From an uncultured Verrucomicrobiota bacterium (GTDB lineage Bacteria; Verrucomicrobiota; Kiritimatiellia; RFP12; UBA3636): a stretch of DNA of 64,000 nt. Every line of letters begins with the position of its first letter. Within the stretch, counting starts at the first letter, position 1. The notes below the pieces were generated by a model. That model was not told the origin of the DNA. It was given only the letters and a program-made list of their open reading frames with translations, and did no database searches. The stretch lies in NCBI GenBank assembly GCA_949285835.1, contig CASEAR010000117.1, positions 302 through 64,301 on the forward strand. The letters run 5' to 3'. Shown here in pieces: positions 40,311-49,791 of the stretch. A program made the translations under genes and the position numbers.

Positions 40311-40959
40311 GTGAAAACTTTACTAAAGTGTGACTTATTTCTAAAAGAAAACCAGATCCTCTGCAAAAACAGACTTGGCACAATTACTTGTGCAGTGAAC
40401 GCAGCACCGGATGATCACAGCTAAAGCATACTGCTTTGCGTCCCCCGAGTTTGTCCGGAACTGGCAAACCAAACGCAGACAGTTTTTTCCGTGGCTATGT
40501 GTGGACGAAACCGTACAGCATACTGCAGATGGCATACCCGAAAGTTCGCATAACCGACGACTCTAAACCTCCGGTTGCAGACTAGGCCTGCATTGTTCTC
40601 CATAAATTTTGGCTGCTGAAATCCAACGCTCGCGCATTGCGCATCAAAAGCACGCTATTTCACTAATGCCGTGAAATGCAATGGAGGGCTTGGCAGATCA
40701 CAACGAAAAACGCCTTGCATCCAGCTCCTGACGCAAGCGTTTATGCCGCTTTGTGCGAACACACTTTAGACGTACTCAGCATTTGACGTCATTAAAACCG
40801 GATTTGCAGTCTTTTTTATTATTCCATTGCCCCGTATATTCTGTGCGGTAAAACACGATCCTTCATTGCCCGGCAATCCGGCCCCATCTTTTTTTGCCAC
40901 CACCGGAAGTTCTGTTACATGTTGGACTTTCCCGGCATTCCCTTGTGAAAAGAAAACTG

Positions 40960-40988
40960 TTGACTTGCAAGTGTAAACATGTCATACT
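40960..40988 (+). promoter_or_regulatory. Putative sigma70 promoter for tRNA-Tyr
   Basis: TTGACT-17 bp-CATACT followed by GC-rich GCGCGCG discriminator-like sequence. Confidence 0.55.
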
Positions 40989-41008
40989 GCGCGCGTTGTT
41001 TCGTTTCA

Positions 41009-41093
41009 GGTGGGTTACCCAAGCGGCCAACGGGGGCAGACTGTAAATCTGCTGGCTATGCCTTCCAACGTTCGAATCGTTGACCCACCACCA
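41009..41093 (+). tRNA. tRNA-Tyr (GTA)
   Basis: GGTGGGT/ACCCACC acceptor stem, GCAGA-CTGTAAA-TCTGC anticodon arm, long variable arm, CAACG-TTCGAAT-CGTTG, CCA. Confidence 0.97.
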
Positions 41094-41129
41094 TTTCAGT
41101 TTTGAGCTGTTTCTCTAAGAGGTGGAAAC

Positions 41130-41435
41130 ATGGCGACCGGTTTCCATAAAGCAAATACTACCGTAAGACCTCTCGGAAAATTTTTGTGGTGGTCTTCTCT
41201 TCTCGTCATTTTTGCCGTTTTCATGTATTTTGTGTGTCCGTTGTGCAGACAGCGTGCGTCTCTGGTATCGGATCTAAATGCCATGTCTGAATCGAATCTG
41301 ACCACGGAGCGCGAAATTTCTGAGATAAACAGGAACATCTCCCGTCTTGATGACCCAGAGTACGTCGAACATCTTGCCAACAAGGAACGTTACATCAGGA
41401 AAGGCGAGATTGTTTACGAATATGTGGACGACTGA
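41130..41435 (+). CDS. Septum formation initiator (FtsB/DivIC-like)
   Basis: Single TM helix, coiled coil, LDDPEYVEHLA..YIRKGEIVY tail. Confidence 0.78.
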   Translation: MATGFHKANTTVRPLGKFLWWSSLLVIFAVFMYFVCPLCRQRASLVSDLNAMSESNLTTEREISEINRNISRLDDPEYVEHLANKERYIRKGEIVYEYVDD

Positions 41436-41708
41436 TTTACTTTCTGACGTCTGCAGCCGCACGCAGTATATTGTGTCGTAACCGCAAGTCTTCACTCAAG
41501 TTCCTTTGGCATGAAGTTCCAGATGCGGCCATTGGCGGCAGGACGATCCGGCAGTAAAAAAAACACGCATCTTGACAAAATTGTACTTGAGATGCTCTAC
41601 ATAAAGGTTCAAACTATCCGAGTGGTAAATATCGAGAAACGAGGCCGTATCGCGATAATTGACAAAAACCGTACCGCTGTAAAACATCTGCTCGAGAGGA
41701 AACCTCTG

Positions 41709-43268
41709 ATGAACCACCGCCATATGTGTCGGACAGCACATAAGATATTACTTGCAATTGTGATCGCCGCATCTTCCGCTACACTAGCGTACGCGGACAG
41801 TACCGGATCAGAAGATTCTCAACTAACGGCTTCCGACGCGGCAGAGCCCTTAATTGACGGCCAGTTGCCTGCACTGGAAGGCATGGTCCCCGTTTCAGCA
41901 AGGATTTACGTCTGGATGCGCGAGTTCAGAAAAAAACATCCAGGCTACCTTGCACAAATTCAGCGGGAGCAAGGTGCATACAGCCGTAAGATAGCGGCGC
42001 AGCTGGAATTTTCAGATCCAGTTCTTACGGCGTCTGCCGGCGCTACGGAGGAACCGGCGGGAATTCCCAACACAACATTTTCAGATTATCTTCAGGACAA
42101 TTCCATCTACGCATCGGCTGGAATTGAAAAACCACTGATTCCCGGAGTGTACGGAAGCTTGGGAATAGCTTCCGGAAGTGATTTAAGCGAAGGAGAGGAT
42201 GGATCTGCACAGGCTCTGGCCGGAGGAATGATTCGAATTCCGCTGATGCGGGATCGTATGTTCTCCATAAACAAACTGGAAGTGATGGGCCTTTCGCACA
42301 CACAACAGGCGGAGTACTACGCCGGAATCTCCAAACTTCTTGATATTTCGGTAAATGTTGTGAAAGCCTATGCTTCATGGCTGCAAAAATCCGCGGATGC
42401 AGAGGAAATTGAAAAGGCAATGACCCGGGCGGAAAAACTTTTGGAATACTCTACAGAACGCGTGCGCCTCAAGGATCTTGCAGAATACCAGATATACCCG
42501 GCGCGGTATGAGGCCACACTCCGACGCGAAGAATTGCAGTCGTCGCGGCAGGAAATAAAAATTCAGGAAGCGGCACTTGCGTATGAACTGGGCGTTGAAA
42601 AAATTCCGGAAGGCATGCCGGATGATCCGAAGCAGCTTATGAACTGGGCGTACGCTCTCGCACAATGCGACATATCTGATCTTATCAACGCCGATCCGGC
42701 TGTATTTTCTCCTAAAATACAGGAGGCTAAAGCACGGATGAACGCGGCCAAAGCAGAAGAAGACAGAACAAGAGAGGACATCAGAGACTCCGTTGATCTG
42801 AACATCGGAGCAGCATGGGCTTCCGAAGACGACACCTCTACGCAGCAGCAGACCGGGTATACTATTTCTCTCGTGTACAGACGTCCAATCTTCAAAGACG
42901 GTGCAAGGTCTAGAGTTGCCGCAGCAACAGCGGATGCAAAAGCTCTGGAACACGAGCTCCAGCTGTCCATAATCAACGAAAAGACGGCCAAGGACAAGGC
43001 GGTAGAGGCTTTCACTAACTCATGCGCCAGACTTATTCTTTCAAGGGCAGCAGTTATGGAAGCCGGGAAAGTACTGGAATCCGAAGACGCCAGATTCGCT
43101 CTTGGAGACGGTTCCAGCAGAAACGTACTGGATGCTCAGCAGGACTTGACCACCGCAACGAGACGCCATATAACCGTGGCAAATGAAGTAATTTCCGCCA
43201 TGGCAGATCTTAGATACGCCATAGGAATAATGCCGGATGACGTGACAATTACAGAAACCCCGCAATAA
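41709..43268 (+). CDS. TolC-family outer membrane channel
   Basis: Signal peptide after ATG 41709; RIPLMRD, VVKAYASW, EDARFALGDGSSRNVLDAQQDL, ADLRYAIG patterns. Confidence 0.85.
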   Translation: MNHRHMCRTAHKILLAIVIAASSATLAYADSTGSEDSQLTASDAAEPLIDGQLPALEGMVPVSARIYVWMREFRKKHPGYLAQIQREQGAYSRKIAAQLEFSDPVLTASAGATEEPAGIPNTTFSDYLQDNSIYASAGIEKPLIPGVYGSLGIASGSDLSEGEDGSAQALAGGMIRIPLMRDRMFSINKLEVMGLSHTQQAEYYAGISKLLDISVNVVKAYASWLQKSADAEEIEKAMTRAEKLLEYSTERVRLKDLAEYQIYPARYEATLRREELQSSRQEIKIQEAALAYELGVEKIPEGMPDDPKQLMNWAYALAQCDISDLINADPAVFSPKIQEAKARMNAAKAEEDRTREDIRDSVDLNIGAAWASEDDTSTQQQTGYTISLVYRRPIFKDGARSRVAAATADAKALEHELQLSIINEKTAKDKAVEAFTNSCARLILSRAAVMEAGKVLESEDARFALGDGSSRNVLDAQQDLTTATRRHITVANEVISAMADLRYAIGIMPDDVTITETPQ

Positions 43269-43278
43269 AATTCTGAAA

Positions 43279-44079
43279 ATGAAAAACCCTTTTTTGAACC
43301 TGTTTTCCAGAAAAAGCATACCGTCTGCACTGCCGGAGACTGCTTCCCCTTTGTCAGAGGCCATGCTCAACGATGACGATTCAGACAAATTCAAGACAGA
43401 TCTGCAGATGCTTTCGGAAGATGAGGCTGGAGAACGAATACAGCAGGAGGCCTACAAGGAGATACGCAATGCCGCAGAGCAGTCCGTAAAACGGCTTCAT
43501 GTCCTGCAAAAAGGACGCTGCCCGCTATGTGGAGAAAGTCTCCAACAGCACATGTTTGTATCCGTTTGCGACGCATGCGGATGGAACTCGTACTCAATGC
43601 CGAAACGCGGCGGAATAAGAGTTCATATACGCGGTCAGGAGCAGCCTGTCGAGGGATCTCGCTGCTACATCGTAAAAGAGGGTGCAGTCCTCGTGATACG
43701 CGGGGAGGCCGTTGTGGCCAGGATACAATCACGCGCCATAGAGTGGATAGAGTACGTCTGGAACAGCGGAGAGCTTGAAGAGCGCCGCAAACAGATAATG
43801 GAACGGCTGTCTCTCACCTGCGGGTGGTGCGGCAAAGACACTTCTCCAGACAAAGAAGGTTTCCACCTCCTTCAGATAGCTTTCGGATCGACGCAGGAAC
43901 GATTCTGCTTCTGCAGCGACGAATGCTATGAGGCATTCAGACAGATGTACCCCTCAAGAGTCCACCGGAACTGCTACGAAAGATCCTGCGAAGACTGCGA
44001 CCTCTGCGTAAAACGCTACTTTGACGAAACAGACGGATACAGAACACTTGCCAAAGACCTGATCAGCATAAAGAAATAA
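43279..44079 (+). CDS. Cys-rich hypothetical protein (zinc ribbon, TRASH-like finger, extra four-Cys cluster)
   Basis: CPLC..CDAC; CGWC..FCFCSDEC; CYERSCEDCDLC; 10 bp after tolC, 27 bp before the adaptor gene. Confidence 0.75.
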   Translation: MKNPFLNLFSRKSIPSALPETASPLSEAMLNDDDSDKFKTDLQMLSEDEAGERIQQEAYKEIRNAAEQSVKRLHVLQKGRCPLCGESLQQHMFVSVCDACGWNSYSMPKRGGIRVHIRGQEQPVEGSRCYIVKEGAVLVIRGEAVVARIQSRAIEWIEYVWNSGELEERRKQIMERLSLTCGWCGKDTSPDKEGFHLLQIAFGSTQERFCFCSDECYEAFRQMYPSRVHRNCYERSCEDCDLCVKRYFDETDGYRTLAKDLISIKK

Positions 44080-44106
44080 ACACCATCTTAAACTTGGAAA
44101 ATACAA

Positions 44107-45144
44107 ATGGGCGACATACGAACAACAGTAGGCGAAGAGATGCCGTCGACCAAGACGGAACGTAAATCACGCGTAATAAAGAACGTCGCTATTACGATTG
44201 CCGCAGCAGCGCTTATAATTCTCATCGGATTCGTTATACGTGTCCCAAAATACGTCGCTGCGACTGGATACGCCACAACGACGCTCTACTCGGAAGCCAG
44301 AAGCGCCGCTACCGGCCGCATTTCCGAGATACTCGTCTTCTCGGGAGACACAGTCAAGGCCGGTGATCCGCTCTTGAAATTGGAAGATGACGCCGAGCGG
44401 GCCGCCGTGTCCGAGGCGGAGGGACAGGTGGCAGAAGCCGTTGCCCAGCTCGCACTCAAAGAGGCTTCTGTCGCGGAAACCCTTCGGCTGCACAACGACA
44501 AGATCCGGCTTGCGGAAATGGAGCTCAAATACGCCGAAGAACAGCTGGAAGTGACAAAACTTCTTCATGAAAAGGGCCTTGCATCAGGCAGAAAACTTTC
44601 TGACGATGAATTCAACGTCACGCGTTCACGCGAAACGCTGAAAACACTGAAGGAAACAGATATTACGATCGGTCAAAGAGAGATCGACGTGCTCAAAAAG
44701 GAAATTTCCACACGCAAAGACACCTTGGAACGAGCCAAAGCGGCACTCGAGGAACGGACGGTGCGCGCCCCGATAGACGGACGCGCCGCACGCTACACGT
44801 TCTATGTGGGCGAAATGCTCCGTCCGGATATGGTGCTCTACGAGATATTCAACGGCGAAGTCAATCTGCTGAAACTGCGCATACCGGAGAGATATGCAAC
44901 AAAGGTGGAACCCGGTATGCGGCTCAAAGCCAAACTCGGAACGTACAAAACTATAATTCCCACAAGATTCTACGGACACGTTGACGAAATGAGGGATATC
45001 GTCGAGGGAGAGGGCAACAACAACTACAGGGTCGCGTACTGCTCATTCGACCGCAAGATGCATAATGTTCCGCCGGGGACGTCTGCTGAAGCAAAAATAC
45101 GGATCGGAAAAGTGTCAATCTGGCAGCTGATTTTCCAGCCGTGA
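44107..45144 (+). CDS. HlyD-family periplasmic adaptor (membrane fusion protein)
   Basis: N-terminal TM; GRISEILVFSGDTVKAGDPLLKL; long coiled coil; VRAPIDG; PPGTSAEAKI. Confidence 0.9.
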   Translation: MGDIRTTVGEEMPSTKTERKSRVIKNVAITIAAAALIILIGFVIRVPKYVAATGYATTTLYSEARSAATGRISEILVFSGDTVKAGDPLLKLEDDAERAAVSEAEGQVAEAVAQLALKEASVAETLRLHNDKIRLAEMELKYAEEQLEVTKLLHEKGLASGRKLSDDEFNVTRSRETLKTLKETDITIGQREIDVLKKEISTRKDTLERAKAALEERTVRAPIDGRAARYTFYVGEMLRPDMVLYEIFNGEVNLLKLRIPERYATKVEPGMRLKAKLGTYKTIIPTRFYGHVDEMRDIVEGEGNNNYRVAYCSFDRKMHNVPPGTSAEAKIRIGKVSIWQLIFQP

Positions 45145-45175
45145 CAATTCGTCTTGTCAAATCCGGTCAAATTAA

Positions 45176-46966
45176 GTGAAAAACAACTCAAAAATGATGT
45201 CTGCTCCGAGTTCGGGTGCGGAAACCATGCGCAAGATAATTCCTTTCATGCGCCCGTTCCGCAAGCAGATACTCGCACTGCTGGCGGCAACTGCGGCTCT
45301 GTCAGTTCTGGCCATGCTGCCTCCGCTCTTCACCAGATCGGTGATAAATAATGTCATTGGAGAATCGCGCAGAGACTTACTCCCAGGACTCATTGTACTG
45401 ATATTTGCAGTCCCCGTTCTCCACGCAGTGATCAGCTTTCTTCAGGTTCTGGGAATCGCATACATAGGACAGCGCTTTGTACTTGACGTGCGCATGGCTG
45501 TGTACAAACACCTGCTGTCCCTTCATATGGGGTTCTTTGGGAAATACAGCACAGGCAAAATTATAAACAGGCTGATGGGCGACAGCACTACCATGCAGAA
45601 TGTCATGGGCGCGGCGTCCATACAAGTCATATCCGATCTTGTATGCTCTCTGTTTGCAATAACCGCAACAATATACATAAACTGGCGTCTCGCCATCCCC
45701 ATTATCATTGTCGTCATCCTCTTCGTAGTCAACTATAACATAAATATTGCCCGCATCCGTAAAGCTACACGCCGGTACCGCGGAACAAGCGACCGTCTGG
45801 CAAGCGGTGTTCAAAACCGGCTCGTAGCAAATATGACGGTGAAGACATTCGCCGCTGAAGACCGGGAAGAAAATGTTTTCTCCGAACATTCCAACGAAAC
45901 CACTGAGCATGCTCACGACAGTTGGATTGCATCCTCAAATTTCATGTACAATACGCAGCTGCTTCAGGAGGTTGGACGAGTGTCTATATACTTTCTGGGA
46001 TGCGCAATGGTACTGAACGGCTCCGCGAATTACGGTGACGTGACTGCTTTTACCACTTACGCAATGCAGATATTATGGCCTGCGGTCCGTTTCTCACAGC
46101 TTGCAGAACAACTGCAGAACGTCCGGATATCTACAGACAGGCTGTTCGAAATCCTGGATGAAAAGCCTCTTATAAAAAGTAAACCCGACGCCGTAAAACT
46201 CAGAAAAGTGAGGGGTCAGGTGGATATGGACTCCGTCTGGTTCGAATACGAAAAGGGCGTACCGGTAATCAAAAACCTTGACGTGCATATTTCCCCTGGT
46301 GAGACCGTTGCACTCGTCGGCCCGACCGGCTGCGGCAAAACTACGGTACTCTCCCTAATTATGCGGCTTTACGATGTCTGCGGCGGAAGCATCCGGATCG
46401 ACGGCGTTGATGTTCGGGATGCAGAACTGAATTCTCTGCGGCGGCAATTTGGAATTGTTCTTCAGGAATCGCTTCTTTTTACCGTCAGCATTACGGACAA
46501 CATACGTTACGCCAGGCCGGATGCAACTATGGAAGAGGTGATAAATGCCGCCAAAATTGCCGAAATACACGATGACATTCTCGGCTTCCCACAAGGATAC
46601 GACTCCGTCATAGGCGACAGGGATGTTCAATTGTCTATCGGACAGAAACAGAGAATATCCATAGCTCGCGCCGTACTCGCCAATCCGGCGATTCTGGTAA
46701 TGGACGAGGCCACGAGTTCTCTTGACAGCGAATCCGAACTTGCTATACAAAGAGCTATGGACAAGTTCCTGTACGGCAGGACATCTTTCATTGTGGCGCA
46801 CCGCCTTAGTACCATACGCAATGCAGACAGGATAATACTTTTGGATCGCGGCGTTGTGGTGGAAACCGGTACTCACGACCAGCTCATGGCCATCGAAGGC
46901 GGGCGGTACCGGGACCTGTACGAGAAACACGCCGGGAAAGGAGTCATTTCAGATGAGCAGGACTGA
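45176..46966 (+). CDS. ABC exporter half-transporter (TMD plus NBD), subunit with catalytic Walker B
   Basis: GPTGCGKTT, LSIGQKQR, ILVMDEATS, VAHRL; exact start uncertain. Confidence 0.93.
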   Translation: MKNNSKMMSAPSSGAETMRKIIPFMRPFRKQILALLAATAALSVLAMLPPLFTRSVINNVIGESRRDLLPGLIVLIFAVPVLHAVISFLQVLGIAYIGQRFVLDVRMAVYKHLLSLHMGFFGKYSTGKIINRLMGDSTTMQNVMGAASIQVISDLVCSLFAITATIYINWRLAIPIIIVVILFVVNYNINIARIRKATRRYRGTSDRLASGVQNRLVANMTVKTFAAEDREENVFSEHSNETTEHAHDSWIASSNFMYNTQLLQEVGRVSIYFLGCAMVLNGSANYGDVTAFTTYAMQILWPAVRFSQLAEQLQNVRISTDRLFEILDEKPLIKSKPDAVKLRKVRGQVDMDSVWFEYEKGVPVIKNLDVHISPGETVALVGPTGCGKTTVLSLIMRLYDVCGGSIRIDGVDVRDAELNSLRRQFGIVLQESLLFTVSITDNIRYARPDATMEEVINAAKIAEIHDDILGFPQGYDSVIGDRDVQLSIGQKQRISIARAVLANPAILVMDEATSSLDSESELAIQRAMDKFLYGRTSFIVAHRLSTIRNADRIILLDRGVVVETGTHDQLMAIEGGRYRDLYEKHAGKGVISDEQD

Positions 46967-48986
46967 CTCCGCACAAACCAGATCCCGCCGCCTCCCCCGG
47001 TGCGAATACCGCGACGTGCCATATCGCCCGCCAAGGGAGTTTTATGCTTACACCCATCCTGTAAAACTTATATTCACGTTCTTCGTAAAATACATCTGGC
47101 CGCATAAAGTTCCACTTATGGTCTACCTTATCATAAGTGCGGCTTCAGCATGTTCTGTATACCTGATGTCATATTACGGACAAGTAGTTATTGACAAAAT
47201 ACTTGTCGTTGACCCTGCTCCAGTTGTCTCTGCCGCCGACAGGGCAACGCAGCCTGACCACTTAATAGATGCGCCCGTTTCACGTGAACGAACGTCATCC
47301 ACAGTGCTCTCTTCTTTCGACGCGCCATACCGTCCTGATTCCAGAGAAGCCTTCGGAGGTGTCTCTGAAATTTACCGACAGCAGACGGCTTCCCAGCGTC
47401 CTCCCAGAGCCGGAGTCATGCTCTTCTGGATTTTCGTCATATACATGGGCACAGTGGTGATACTCAACGAAGCCGGACGCATTGCCACGAACTCCAGACA
47501 TTGGGTGGCACACCGCATGACGCTTCAGCTCAGAGACGATGTTCACAGAAAAATTGTCGGACTCTCCAGCGGATACCATCAAACCACCACTCCCGGACGT
47601 TTGATGGCGAGGATACTGTCCGATGTGGACTTTGTGCAGGGATCCCTGCTCAACGTGGTAGCTACCGTATTCTCACAGACAATCATGTTTATCGTCGGAC
47701 TGGTTATCCTCCTTACCCTTGAGTGGCGCTGCGCTATGGCTGTAATTCTGGCGGCGATCCCGTATATTCTGGTAATGCGGACGAATCAAATCCGCGTGAA
47801 AGAATTTCATAAAGAGGCCAGACATTCCAATTCCTGCCTGTGGGGACTCGTCTCGCAAAAACTCGACGCCGTAAAAGCCATTTTCGCTTACGGCAGAGAA
47901 CATACGGAGATGGTAAACTTCTTCCGTCTCTCCGCCGTCCTACAGCGCGACACGCTTCAGCAGCAGCGCCTCGCTGCCACAATCGGCCGCTTCGCACAGC
48001 TGCTTACCACTTTCGTCTCTCAGGGAATATTCATTTTCTGCACATACTGCGTCTTGGACGGCACCATGACCCTCGGTAAAATGATGTTCGTTTACGGCGC
48101 CGCAGTGAATCTTTTTAACCCAGTGATACAGCTCACGCAAACTTCGTCCAACATTGCCGGACTTCTTGCAATAATACAGAGACTTACGCACACTCTGCAG
48201 AATCCCAACGAAATCCTTGACGCAGAAAATTCCGTTGAATTCCCTGTTCCGCTGAAAACCGGCATCACGCTCGAAAACATGTCGTTCCGTTATTCCAGCA
48301 ACTCCCCGGAAGTCCTGTCGAACATAAATCTCGTAATCCCCTCCGGAAAATGGACGTGCATAATGGGACCTTCCGGATCGGGGAAAACCACACTTATAAA
48401 CCTTCTTGCAAGACTTTACGATCCAACTTCCGGCAATATAAGAGTCGACGGCATACCGCTTGACAAGATCAAGCAGAAGTCACTCCATATCCACGTGGCA
48501 ATGGTTCCGCAGGAAGCGCAAATTATCAGCGGCACAGTGCGGTCCAATATCATATACGGCACTCCAGGCGCCGAACCTGAACAGATAATGAATGCTGCAA
48601 AATCTGCCGACTGCCACGATTTCATAATGAAACTTCCAGTAAAGTACGAGACCATTATCGGAGAAAAAGGAATGACGCTTTCCGGCGGACAGCGTCAGCG
48701 CATCTCCATGGCACGCGCCCTGATAACCGACCCGGAAGTCCTGCTGCTGGACGACTGCACTTCCGCTCTGGATGCCAACACCGAACGGAAAATACAGGAA
48801 ACCCTCACCAAGCTCATGAACGGCAAGACGGCTGTCATCGTTTCCCAGCGCGTGTCAATGTCTGCACGCTGCCACCACATTATCGTTATAGAAGACGGTC
48901 ATATATCGGAACGCGGGACGCACGACAGCCTTTGCCGCAGAGGTGGATTCTATTCCAGGCTCGTCAAAACACAGAGTTCAGCATGA
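46953..48986 (+). CDS. ABC exporter half-transporter, subunit with degenerate Walker B and H-switch
   Basis: GPSGSGKTT, LSGGQRQR, LLLDDCTS, VSQRV; start overlaps the previous gene. Confidence 0.92.
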   Translation: MSRTDSAQTRSRRLPRCEYRDVPYRPPREFYAYTHPVKLIFTFFVKYIWPHKVPLMVYLIISAASACSVYLMSYYGQVVIDKILVVDPAPVVSAADRATQPDHLIDAPVSRERTSSTVLSSFDAPYRPDSREAFGGVSEIYRQQTASQRPPRAGVMLFWIFVIYMGTVVILNEAGRIATNSRHWVAHRMTLQLRDDVHRKIVGLSSGYHQTTTPGRLMARILSDVDFVQGSLLNVVATVFSQTIMFIVGLVILLTLEWRCAMAVILAAIPYILVMRTNQIRVKEFHKEARHSNSCLWGLVSQKLDAVKAIFAYGREHTEMVNFFRLSAVLQRDTLQQQRLAATIGRFAQLLTTFVSQGIFIFCTYCVLDGTMTLGKMMFVYGAAVNLFNPVIQLTQTSSNIAGLLAIIQRLTHTLQNPNEILDAENSVEFPVPLKTGITLENMSFRYSSNSPEVLSNINLVIPSGKWTCIMGPSGSGKTTLINLLARLYDPTSGNIRVDGIPLDKIKQKSLHIHVAMVPQEAQIISGTVRSNIIYGTPGAEPEQIMNAAKSADCHDFIMKLPVKYETIIGEKGMTLSGGQRQRISMARALITDPEVLLLDDCTSALDANTERKIQETLTKLMNGKTAVIVSQRVSMSARCHHIIVIEDGHISERGTHDSLCRRGGFYSRLVKTQSSA

Positions 48987-49534
48987 TTCCGCCGAAGCAT
49001 GCCTCGAAGCGTATGAAAAAAACATATCCGGAAATCATCTACCGTACGTCAGCACCCCTCCCCTGGATCGCAATAAGCCCGTGCCTTGTCGGATTCCCCA
49101 CCAGATACGATGGAAGGGACAAAAGAATTGCGCTCCCGGGACTGGATATGTTTAACCTCATTCTTTTCTGCCCCGAACAGAGCGCCGGGCTCGGCACTCC
49201 GAGGGAACCAATCAGACTTGTCAGCAGCGCAGACGGAACAACGCATGTCGCAGGAGTAAACTCAGAACATGATTTCACCTCACGCTTTTCTGTACCATGC
49301 CGACGCATGGCAGAGTTCCTGCATAAACACGAAGTTTTGTGTTTTATCCTTAAGGCAAGGTCTCCGAGCTGCGGCGTCATATCTCCACTGTTCACATCAG
49401 GCGGCATTGACCCCGTCGGTGCCTCTCCTGGAATCTGGGCAGACATGATACTCAAGGAATTCCCGGACATTCCGGTATTCACTGAAGATACGCTGCCACC
49501 AGAATATCTGCAGCAAAAAGCGGCAAGCTTGTAA
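48983..49534 (+). CDS. DUF523 / TudS-like (thiouracil desulfidase family) Fe-S protein
   Basis: SPCLVG..RYDG, CPEQSAGLGTPREP, LKARSPSCG; ATGA overlap with the ABC gene. Confidence 0.85.
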   Translation: MIPPKHASKRMKKTYPEIIYRTSAPLPWIAISPCLVGFPTRYDGRDKRIALPGLDMFNLILFCPEQSAGLGTPREPIRLVSSADGTTHVAGVNSEHDFTSRFSVPCRRMAEFLHKHEVLCFILKARSPSCGVISPLFTSGGIDPVGASPGIWADMILKEFPDIPVFTEDTLPPEYLQQKAASL

Positions 49535-49791
49535 AACGGGGAGCCGGCAATCGGGAATACAGTTTTTTTGAATGCCACTGAACCTGCGACGCGTGCCAGT
49601 CATCGGACAAAACCTGATATTCCATGGTTAAGAAATGTTAATTCTTACCGGTTATTTTATTTGGAGTTCAATGCTAGAATTGTCCCGTGTCCGCAGAAGA
49701 CTGTCTGCTCCTGCAGAACAATGAAGCAAATGGCTCTTTGCACTGCTGTAGATGATGCAAAGAACCAACAACTTTGTGAAAGGGCGTTTAT

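Noticed and set aside
40400..40520. GGATGA..GGACGAAAC resembling a hammerhead ribozyme core
   Set aside because: No CTGANGA box and no consistent stems I-III
41511..41708. N-terminal extension of TolC in the ORF track
   Set aside because: The signal peptide begins after ATG 41709; the extension is probably intergenic sequence
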